Assembly: GCF_006345805.1 (NCBI RefSeq)
Contig: NC_043006.1
Span: 104,656,001 to 104,720,000 of the forward strand
Length of the DNA stretch: 64,000 nt
Source of the DNA: Octopus sinensis
Lineage: Eukaryota
Reading direction: 5' to 3'
In this document: one piece after another, positions 53,751 through 64,000 of the stretch
How the letters are laid out: every line of letters begins with the position of its first letter
How positions within the stretch are numbered: the stretch's first letter is position 1
Made by a program: the position numbers and the translations under genes
Notes under the pieces: generated by a model
Seen by the model: only the letters and a program-made list of their open reading frames with translations
Database searches by the model: none
Told to the model about the DNA's origin: nothing

Positions 53751-54894
53751 GATTTCAAAGAACCAGTCCACTATATTATTCATTCATTCGTATAATGTAA
53801 TATCATTCAATGATATTTGATCGTTGATGTGAGGTCTATTCGAAGATAATGTTGGATTTTTGAAACGCGATTGGTGCAAATACAAAATTTCTGTCTCTAG
53901 GCTTACGAATAAGATCGTGTGGAAATAAATTCAGAGACTTTGACGCCTGCATTTATTGAGGTTACAACAGCATAGAATGGAATTTCGCTAGGTTCCTGCA
54001 GTAATCTAATATACAACATTATGAATAGAAAACCATTTACTAACACGTTGTTTGGTACCGATTAAAAATATATTTCATCAAATTTGTCCAAGAAATAACA
54101 AAATAAATACTCAAAATTTCTGTCCGTTTTTAACTGGTCTCCTATGTATTAAACAAGAAAGGGTTTAGGAATAAAATAGATATGAAAATAAATTCGGAGA
54201 CTTTGATGTATAAAATCATTGATACAAAAATACAGGGATTTACAATGTGAAAACATTTCTCTAGATAAAGTAAAATCTTTCTATCTTCCGCAGTTTCTAA
54301 TTTGGTTTAAATGGTTTTCGGGAAAATAATTAGCACGATTAGTGTAGTAATTGGTTCACAAGCGAAAACTGTAATTTTTTTTCCTCTTTTAAGACATTGA
54401 TTTTGGTTAGCTCCAAATTCTGACAATAATTGTATTAAATATACAACTATAGATTAGAAGCTAAGATATTGGCTCTTAAGAGCTGAAGTTGACTTTGATG
54501 TCATTATATATTTATATTTTTATTCTTTTTAACCACTGATTGTTACTTTATCTAGTTTACAGAACTGAGGGAAAGTTCCACTTTTCAGAGACAGAATTAA
54601 ATTGGATTTGTCCAATTTAAAGAAATTAATTCTCTGTGGAACCGAATTATTCGTAAATCAGGTAATGCGTGTGTATTTATGTATTTATTATAGTTATGTT
54701 TCACTGCTTTATTGTACTTTCTAGATTGCATACATTTTTTTATCACTCGAAATAGCTTGATGACTTTATTGATTTTTAACTTAGGTATTCATTAAAATAT
54801 TTGGTACAGTGGGCAATTTCAAAATTTGATCATATATTCATCAACTAGCTGTAAAGTCATTACCAAGAAAAAATATTAGTTATCATCATCATCA

Positions 54895-54947
<53 letters not shown>

Positions 54948-55030
54948 GTTGTTGTTGTTGTTGAAATATAATTTTTATTGATGTTTTCGTTGTTATTATT
55001 ATAATAATAATAATATTTATCATTATTATT

Positions 55031-55700
55031 CAGTAGTTTTATTTTTATAGCGTGCTTTCACTTCACTACCGAGCGCAGCTCTCTGTGCCTTGGGTATGTG
55101 CTGTAGTTTGTTTTGCTGCCCTTTTGGTTACTGTATTGAAAGTCTTTTGCGTAGGATGTGTGCAGTGCCTAGTAGTCCAATTTTCTGTATGTCACATATA
55201 TTTGTAAGTCCCAGTGTTTTTGTTATATATTTGTCTGACTATTTTTTTATCATGCCTAATGCACCTACTATGATAGGAATTGTTTCTGTTTTCAGATTCC
55301 ACATTCTAGTTACCTCTATTTCCAGGTCTTTGTATTTTGAAAGATTCTCCATTTCTTTTAGAGAAACGTTGTCATCTGCTGGTATTGATACATCAATTAG
55401 AAAGCATTATTTTTCTTCATGATCTCTGACAACTATATCGGGCATATTGGCCTTAATTTCTCTATCTGTGTGTATTGGCATATCCCAGAGTATGGTTGCT
55501 TTCTCGTTTTCTGTGACCTTTTCTGGCGTCTGCCTATACCATTTTTTTTCTTTTGTTATTCCATAGTGTTGGCATAGCTTCCAGTATATATAGGTCCCAA
55601 CTATGCCGTGACTGTGAATATATTCCTTCTTAGCCAGGACTGGGCAGCCAGAGATAATATGATTTACTGTTTCTTGTCCATCTCCACATATTCTGCAGTT
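55031..55700 (-). mobile_element. 5'-truncated R4/Dong non-LTR retrotransposon (CCHC + restriction-like endonuclease) in (TAA)n
   Basis: CRICGDGQETVNHIISGC..EY..H...ILWD.PIHTDREIKAN.PDIVV..CFLIDVSIP..KYKDLEIEV.RMW..IPIIVGALG; (ATT)n at 54898-55030 and (TTC)n/(TTA)n at 55700-55830. Confidence 0.92.
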
Positions 55701-55743
55701 TCTTCTTCTTCTTCTTCTTCTTCTTCTTCTTCTTCTTCTTCTT

Positions 55744-55832
<89 letters not shown>

Positions 55833-56436
55833 ATGATTTTTGTGTATCAGAATGGCGCCCATTCGAATCGGTGGTAAGTTTTTGTTATCAACTGTGTTTT
55901 ACAATGTCTACAGTTATAAGTTTTGTTTACTTTTGCCGATAAACTAACCAGGATCGTGAGTAACTCATCAACACTTAAATCCCACTTTTTTTAAAGAAAC
56001 CCTTAAAATATGGTGTTGAAATGTTCGAAGGGATACAAGAGGTTGATAAATAGTATTTAGCATGGGTAGTGCGAACACCTCATTGTCCCAGCTTAACAGT
56101 GTAATCCAAAGTACCACCATCTGTCTTCATCAATGCTCATGGCAATAACAATGAACACCAACGACAACATGGCATGCAAAATACTGCTTAACACCAGGAA
56201 CAAAAAAATCCAAAAAATCAACTCCACCACCTCAAAAGGAATTCCATGTTTCCACACGGCTATACAAGGATATCGCAATCACCACTATGTCGATTATAGC
56301 TGCTCACCCCATCAGCGTTCAAAGTGATAACAACCAACTATGTGAAAAGAACTGGCTCCTATGTCACTGTAGCAAGGACATCAGAAAAGACTGAAAAGGG
56401 AATCTCATGATAGTAGAAATTGCTATGGAGCGAGCC

Positions 56437-56616
56437 AAGAGTTGTACTGTAATCTATCGTAACATAGGGTAAAATATTTGGCTGGTGGAAAGAGCAAACC
56501 ATACTCTCATACAAAGGTGCTTCAAATCCGTTGAGAATGAAAAGGCTTTCATTCACTCATGGCAGAAACTACAATGCGGCCAATGTCAGTTTGCTGATAA
56601 GAAATCATTCTATAAC
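56437..56616. repeat. 180-bp direct duplication (partner 58828-59007)
   Basis: Near-identical copies, only a handful of substitutions. Confidence 0.85.
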
Positions 56617-56974
56617 TTCAAAAAGGAAGAATTGAACCTGCAACGTCTGTATTGCTGCCCATGCATGTCTAATGCATCACCAGCCTGATTCACTTGTCAA
56701 ATGTAAGGCTTGTATGTGACAGTAGAAGATCGGAGAGCAAGGTGTCATATGAATGGCGTTACCACCCTCCGAAGGGCTGTTTTCCCACAACAATGTGGAA
56801 ATGAAAGAAGCCCTCACTACTGTCAGCTCTACAACCTGATAACGAGAACAGCAAAAGCACTACGCAGCCACAACAACAACGCACAAGCACAACGGCAAGC
56901 AACAGCAACTACAACAAAGCAGCAAAACCAGTAGAAGCAGTTACTTCAGCAGATGTTGAAGTAACAACAGCAGA

Positions 56975-57162
56975 GTGGAGGTGCAATGGCCCAGTGGTTA
57001 TGGTAGCAGACTCGCGATCGTAAGAACACGGTTTCAATTCCCAGACCGGGTATTGTGAGGGTTTATTAAGCAAAAACACCTAAGTTCCACGAGGCTCCAG
57101 CGGGGCTGGGTAGTGAACCCCGCTGTACTCTTTCCCCTCAACTTTCTCTCACTCTTTCTTCC
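56975..57162 (+). mobile_element. SINE family C, 5' part
   Basis: 'gtggaggtgcaatggcccagtggtt..gactcgcgatcg..ggtttcaattcccagaccggg'. Confidence 0.8.
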
Positions 57163-58357
57163 TACTTCTGCCACAAAGCAGAGGAACCATGGTTTAACCC
57201 ACTATGGTGTGGTCAAATTTCAGACCCTAGTCTAGATTGCGAATCCTCTGAACCCCAGGATGGTTCACCTCCCCACCCGTTAAAAGCCACCGTTTACGGA
57301 ATGAGGATAACAACGTAGCTTTCGCGCCCGTGCAACCGCCAGTCTATCGCGTGTGGTGGGTGGATCTTGAAGTTGCCACACGCATTCTTAGTAGCTTAGA
57401 ATAGGCTCGAATTAGAGATTATTCTTTGTGGCTAATGGTGTGAGTCCTGAATTGAAGAAGAAGAAGAAGAAGAAGAAGAGAAGAAGAAGAAGAAGAAGAA
57501 GAAGAAGAAGACAGCAGGAGAAGCAGCAATAACAACAGAAACAGAAACACCATCCAAAAGAGCAACAGAGCCCCCACGACGAGAACAACAACAGCAATAG
57601 AATCAAGCGGAATAGTTATCGCAGCTTCAGGTCATAGAAGTGTTCTGTAATGAGGGCGACAAAGATGTAAAATGGAGAACTGCAAGAAGGAATAGAAAAG
57701 AGGAAGGGATCAGAACAAATTGGTGTATACATGTATATACAGGGTTCTATATCTCTTGTATAACAAAGGATATGAATCGGGAAAGACCTTTCGCAGATAC
57801 AGGCCTGGTTAAAATTTTCGTAGAAGACTATCTGTTGTCCTACACCGCATTTGAATATGTTTTATGCCCCAATGCGTTATATTCTACACTTGAGTATAAT
57901 GCAATCTGGAATACATTGAACCTGAACTATTTTCATCATAAAATCAGTAATACAATTCCATCACCTATGTCTCCCCCACCACTTTTGCGTAATGCTAGGC
58001 AGCAACATTTTCGCATTATATGCGAGTTAATACAGTAATAGTGGAATGTCTCTGAAATCGATATCTAATAATTTACAAACATCTGCAACTCACAAAATTG
58101 ATAAACAAAGAAATTGTCTACACCTGCAATTTGTTTTTCATATTTTTAGACTAATATATACACATCCAGTACTTAGAATACAATTCTGGAAAACAAAAGA
58201 AGCAAATGTATAATGCTTACAAATAACGATAAATGCTCAATTCTATCGGAAAATGTATGTGTGTGTGTGTGTGTATACATACAGATATATGTGTGTGTGT
58301 GTGTATGCATATGTACGTATGTATAAGCACATACAAACTCATGTATTTATACGTACC

Positions 58358-58470
58358 TATTCTTTGTAAGCTTAGTACTTATTCTATCGTTTCTTTTTGC
58401 CGAACCACTAGGTTACGGGGGCGTAAATACACCAACATCGGTTGTCGAGCGATGAGCTGGACAAACGCAG

Positions 58471-58537
<67 letters not shown>

Positions 58538-58701
58538 CGGCGGGCTTCCTTCAATTTCCGGCTACCAAATCCATTCACAAGGTTTTGTTCAGCCTGAGGC
58601 TATTGTAAAAGACACTTGCCCAAGGTGCCAAACAGTGGGACTGAACCCGGAACCATGATGCTGGTAAGCAAGCTACTTACCACGCTGTCACTCCTTCGCT
58701 T
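58358..58701 (-). mobile_element. SINE family B
   Basis: Consensus match including the internal (CA)n(TA)n. Confidence 0.85.
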
Positions 58702-59709
58702 AGGTGTGTGCGTGTGTATATATATATATATAATAAAATTTAGTTTTCATTCCTTTCGAGAATTTATCCCTAATTAGTGGTTTTAGTTTTCTACTGCTCT
58801 TTCTAGCACAAGGCGTTCCTATTTGGAAAGAGTTGTATTGTAATCTATCGTAACACAGGGTAAAATATTTGGCTGGTGGAAAGAGCAAACCATACTCTCA
58901 TACAAAGGTGCTTTAAATCCGTTGAGAATTAAAAGGCTTTCATCCACTCATGGCAGAAACTACGATGCGGCCAATGTCAGTTTGCTGATAAGAAATCATT
59001 CTATAACATTCTATAACCTTATATATATATATATATGACTGTGTGTATGCTGGTGTGTGTGTGTGTGTGTCTATATGTTTGTGTCTTTATGATTATGTTC
59101 CTTTTTCCCTCTATCTCCTCTCAACAGTCACTGATGGTTTGTTTACGTTACCGTTATCGAGCATCTTGGCAAAAGAAAACCAACAGAATAAGTATCACGC
59201 TTAAACATAAATAATGGATTCGATTTGTTCGACATGTACCCTTCGATGTGTGCCATAACATGTCCGGAGTCCGGAGACATTAACAAGTAAAATGTAAAAG
59301 ATGTGTGTGTGTGTGTGTATCTGTTTGTGTAAATGCACGCGCGCGGACACACCCACCCACACACACATACAAACCTCTCTCCTAGCTTTCTCTTAATTAC
59401 CTCCCTTCCTTTTCAATCTCACCATGTCAAACGTGATCTCAAATAAACACCAATCTCTAGAAGGCAATTTGCTACCTTTTGCACACAGAGGAGCCCCAAT
59501 TCTTGGCGGCAATTTAAAAACTAAGTTGAACCCTCCTACGTATAATGTAGATATTATGAAAACAAAAATACACTTCGGTTAGGAACAATTGTTCAAAGAA
59601 AGCTAAAAGAAAGGAAAACTGATAAACACGATGAATATCATGTTATTTAATCCAAAGACAGAGCTCCAAATATTTTAGGAATGATTATAAGGACATACAA
59701 CATTGGTCT

Positions 59710-59835
59710 GAAGCTTTGGCACAAGGCCAGCAATTTCGGGGGTGTGGGTAAGTCGATTACATCGACCCTGGTATTCAACTGGTATTTATTTTGTCGACCT
59801 CGAAAGGATGAGAGACAAAGCTAACCTCGACAGAA
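59710..59835 (-). mobile_element. SINE family A, 3' part
   Basis: 'ggcacaaggccagcaatttc..aagtcgattacatcgaccc..cgaaaggatga'. Confidence 0.75.
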
Positions 59836-59843
59836 TAATGATA

Positions 59844-60020
59844 GACCGCTAGCCACTACACATTCTTTACTTTCTCTCCTTGTTTCTTTCTCTGTGCCTG
59901 TCTGTGGAAGAGCGTCGGCTCGGAACGTTAAAGACCTTTTCACCTCCCGAGCATTATACTAATACATCTGTTTGTTGTCTACAACACCTATCTTCGTCTT
60001 TTTTTTTGTGAAATCTCCCT
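59844..60020 (+). mobile_element. Family H element with variant hammerhead (59897-59934)
   Basis: CTGTGGAA-gagc-gtcg-gctc-GGAACGTT-aaaga. Confidence 0.7.
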
Positions 60021-60437
60021 ATAATATTAATGGTTAATCTTTAAAATGTGATAATTTCTTTAATATTTGAATTATTCCGCAACTAATATACATTTAAAAT
60101 ATCCATAACTAAAAGCTAAATGGATCTGAAAGATTATAAGTTTTGAAATCAACTGATGTGATTATAAAGATCGCGTTTACTTGGGGAAAATAATGATTAT
60201 ATTTAGAATCCACCACACAAAGGGCAACAGTAAATATATATTTTCCACGGCAATAATTCATATATTTATTCATTTTCTTACTAAAAGTCTTTTTATAGAA
60301 AATATCTAGCAATAACTACAGGGAAACTAAGTTGTTTAAAAACATCAGCAAAGACTGAATTAGAAATACACCGAAGTTGGGGGATTCGAAAACAGAAACG
60401 CCACAGGATATGTAACCATATTCTTTTATTCATTAAT

Positions 60438-60793
60438 TTGTTTCAGTCATTTGACTGCGGCCATGCTGGAACACCGACTTTAGTCGAACAAATCGAGCAC
60501 AGGGCTTATTCTTTGTAAGCCTAGTACTTATTCTAGCAGTCTCTTTTGCCAAACCGCTAAGTTACGAGGACGTAAACACACCAGCATCGGTTGTCAAGCG
60601 ACGGTGGTGGAAGAACATAGACACACACACACGTACACACGCACATATATACACACATACACACATATATAAGGCTTTGGTTGGGCTGAGGCTATATTAG
60701 AAGACGCTTGACCAAGGTGCAACGCAATGGGACTGAACCCGGAACTATGTTGCTGGTAAGCAAGCTACTTACCACACAGCCACTCCTGCGCCT
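60438..60793 (-). mobile_element. SINE family B
   Basis: Head to tail consensus match. Confidence 0.88.
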
Positions 60794-61596
60794 ATGAAGA
60801 CTAATTTGTAAACAAAATTTTGAGTTATAGAAGATTCAGTGATGAAAATCTTTGTAAATCCTTTCGACCTACAAGATATTGCAACCCTGAATCCCTCAAA
60901 GCAACACCCTACTATCTTGGTAAACAGCAAATATCACAGGCGCTGTGGCAGGAATGTTTGAAGGGAAGGTACAAGGTCGGAAGGAAATACGATTCCAGGA
61001 AAAAGGGCGTAATGACATTTAGAAGAGCCTACTTCTTTTCTTGAAGGGGACAATGCCTTTCAGAACCCAACCCCCACCCTGTGTGCGCTTCTGTGTTACA
61101 TTCAATGCCTCTGTGGCACTAAAAAGAGAAAAGATAATTTTCGATATATTTTGACAAAGAAGCCACTGGATATTCGTCAGTAAAACGTTCAGCATAAATG
61201 GTTTTTAAAAATACAACACACAAAGTATTTAAGACATATTAAACTTTTCTGGGTTATTCAGTAAATTTATACAATATATAATAACGATTAAAAAAAATAC
61301 AATTTGAAGTTATTTATATCTGTCACGGAGGTGTTGAAAATATAACGTTACGAGGAAAATAAAATAGACTGACACATGACAGTGGATTGAAAAACAATAA
61401 CTCACAAATTGTGTCAAATATCGATTAATGATATCATGGAAATGATAAATATACACAGATGCACAAACAAATGCAGACACATTATGCAAACACACGCTAA
61501 AAATTACATGCGAGTGATGACACATATGCATACACATATGATATCCACGTTCATCTCTCTCTCCTCCCTTCCTCCCCCTCTCTCTCCATTCTTTCT

Positions 61597-61763
61597 CTGT
61601 GTGGTAAGTGGCTTGCTTACCAACTACATGGTTCTGGATTCAGTCCCACTGCGTGGCATCTTGGGCAAGTGTTTTCTACTATAGCCTGGGGCCAACCAAA
61701 GCCTTGTGAGTGGATTCGGGAGACGGAAACTGAAAGAAGCCCGTCGTATATATGTATATGTAA

Positions 61764-61819
<56 letters not shown>

Positions 61820-61986
61820 TTGTGTGTCTGTGTTTGTCCGCTCCCAACATCGCTCGACAACCGATGCTGGTGTATTTACGTCCCCGTAACTTAGCGGTTC
61901 GGCAAAAGAGATTTGCTCGACTAAAGGCGGTGGTCCAGCATGGTCACAGTCAAATGACTGAAACAAGTAAATGAGAGTAAAAGAGA

Positions 61987-62029
<43 letters not shown>

Positions 62030-62218
62030 TATATATATGCTTGTGTGTGTGTGACCACCATCGGTTGACAACTGAGGTCGGTGTGTTTACGCCCCGGTAA
62101 CGTAGCAGTTCGACAAAAGTGACCGATAGGATAAGTACGAGGCTTATGTTCTCCGGAAGGCAGCGGTCCAGCAGGGCCGTAGTCAAATGACTGAGTCAAA
62201 GGAATTATAGAATAAAAG
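61597..62218 (+). mobile_element. SINE family B plus a second 3' half in tandem
   Basis: 61597-61985 near-full copy; 62041-62218 repeats the 3' half. Confidence 0.85.
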
Positions 62219-62239
62219 ACTATATATATAGATAAATAA

Positions 62240-62306
<67 letters not shown>

Positions 62307-62523
62307 TCAATTTAGGGTAGCAAAAAATTCAATAGAAATTTATCGCTACCAGCGGCCTAGTGGAAAAGAGAAAATAGTCAAAGACTAAACTATATAAATA
62401 TAACAATTAAGGAGTGGCCTTAACAGGCCATTCGTCCACTAGAGAGAGCAGCCAGAACACAAACCGCCAAGCAGTATTAATTCAGAAATTAGGTGAAAAT
62501 TTAAAAACGTTTACCCTAATTCA

Positions 62524-62625
62524 TCTTTTAGACGATGCATCGTTTCTGTGTTTTTAAATGATAAACTAGCTTAATTAAATTAAATTAAGCTAATCTACCA
62601 TAGGTCACACTTCATCAGTAAAAGA
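62524..62625 (-). ncRNA. Type I hammerhead ribozyme (left-arm copy)
   Basis: Reverse complement of 63025-63126. Confidence 0.75.
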
Positions 62626-63024
62626 CCTGGGAGAGACAAATATACACGAGGCGTCTGTATCAATGCCTCCGGAATATCTGTCTTAACATTTTCAAGACCA
62701 ACGTGTTCGCGCCAACCCATCAGCAGTAAATATAAACTGCCGATTCAATCTCAGAATTAGTCAGAAAATTATCAATTAATCAAGTTAGGGTAGCAAAAAA
62801 TTCAATAGAAATTTATCGCAATAGAAATTTATGGAAATTTTCTATTGAATTTTTTGCTACCCTAAATTGATTAATTGATAATTTTCTGACTAATTCTGAG
62901 ATTGAATCGGCAGTTTATATTTACTGCGGATGGGTTGGCGCGAACACGTTGGTCTTGAAAATTTTAAGACAGATATTCCGGAGGCATTGATACAGACGCC
63001 TCGTGTATATTTGTCTCTCCCAGG

Positions 63025-63126
63025 TCTTTTACTGATGAAGTGTGACCTATGGTAGATTAGCTTAATTTAATTTAATTAAGCTAGTTTATCATTTAAAAAC
63101 ACAGAAACGATGCATCGTCTAAAAGA
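63025..63126 (+). ncRNA. Type I hammerhead ribozyme (right-arm copy)
   Basis: Stem I tctttta/taaaaga, CTGATGA, stem II gtgt/acac extended by a 19-bp G-U-containing hairpin, GAAAC, palindromic stem III ACGATGCATCGT, GUC triplet at 63117-63119. Confidence 0.78.
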
Positions 63127-63246
63127 TGAATTAGGGTAAACGTTTTTAAATTTTCACCTAATTTCTGAATTAATACTGCTTGGCGGTTTGAGTTCTGGCT
63201 GCTCTCTCTAGTGGACGAATGGCCTGTCAAGGCCACTCCTAAATTG

Positions 63247-63293
<47 letters not shown>

Positions 63294-63714
63294 AATACAA
63301 AAAATGGGTCAAGAACGCGGCAGGCAACAACAAAGCATCCAAAGAGTGGGATGATTCAAAAAGGGACATGAAAAAACAAGGACGTGTCGTTCGGTGTTTT
63401 CTTTCGTCAGTCGAGTTCCAGATTATTTTTGCAATTTCCGCTGGTTATACACTGGACTGCTCCAATCTGACTAGCCCCAAGGAAAATCTAAGCTAAGAAC
63501 ACTAGATTTCTTGGAAGAAAGGGAGAAAAAAAAACGGAGAAATGTTATACAAACACAAATGTAAACGTCAGGACATTAACAACAGGTGACTTTCGACTAA
63601 GGAGGAATTAAATTAAGCTGGCGTGTGTAGAATTGAAACCTTATAGCAGGGACATAAGAGATGACAGGTATGGAAAGGAATAGATATGTTGCACGGATAT
63701 ACATATATAGCGTG

Positions 63715-63775
<61 letters not shown>

Positions 63776-63805
63776 TATGTATATGTATATACATATACAT
63801 ATATA

Positions 63806-63864
<59 letters not shown>

Positions 63865-64000
63865 ATATATATATGTGTATATATATATATAATATATATA
63901 TACACCCTATGTATGTATATATGCATATATGTATACTATATATGTTTATATAATAAATAATATATATACATACATGCATATATGGGTACATGACGACACC

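Larger units (their letters stand above)
62302..63252. mobile_element. Retrozyme-like non-coding element with terminal redundancy and 414-bp-arm palindrome, in (TA)n
   Basis: 45-bp direct repeat 62302-62346 / 62775-62819 (473-bp period); arms 62398-62811 / 62839-63252 (about 6 mismatches counted). Confidence 0.85.

Noticed and set aside
55407-55862. Poly-Ile/poly-Arg signal-like protein
   Set aside because: (TAA)n and (GAA)n microsatellites read in frame with a truncated Dong/R4 ORF.
57170-57455. HDV-like ribozyme at the 5' end of a (TTC)n-adjacent element
   Set aside because: Hairpins are present but I could not build the nested double pseudoknot.
57640-58038. Non-repetitive ORFs (also 435-779, 27430-27984, 60109-60312)
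   Set aside because: No recognisable motifs or splice context; lengths are compatible with chance.
62695-62730. Second hammerhead in the 473-bp unit (ctgatggg...gcgaacacgttggtc)
   Set aside because: Core bases and stems do not fit convincingly, and the two arms disagree at the core.

Overview
AT-rich, repeat-saturated eukaryotic DNA (intron or intergenic). It is most likely from an octopus/coleoid cephalopod, inferred from recall of the tRNA-derived SINE families and the extreme (TA)n/(CA)n/(GATA)n load. No host protein-coding gene can be called with confidence, and most listed ORFs are translated microsatellites. Recognisable content: three tRNA-derived SINE families (some inserted as TSD-flanked trimers); Penelope-like element (PLE) remnants resembling three clades (Neptune-, Naiad- and Nematis-like GIY-YIG/RT); R4/Dong, RTE and CR1-group LINE fragments; mariner and rosa/Tc1-type remnants; Helitron-type elements; and a nested MITE pair. 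The most interesting signal is a set of short non-coding elements lodged in (TA)n tracts. They carry minimal type I hammerhead ribozyme motifs (CUGANGA...GAAA followed by a palindromic stem III) and are repeatedly folded back into long asymmetric palindromes. The best example is 62302-63252: a 473-bp terminally redundant, retrozyme-like unit with a 414-bp-arm palindrome. All coordinates and alignments were read by eye; no searches or folding programs were run.
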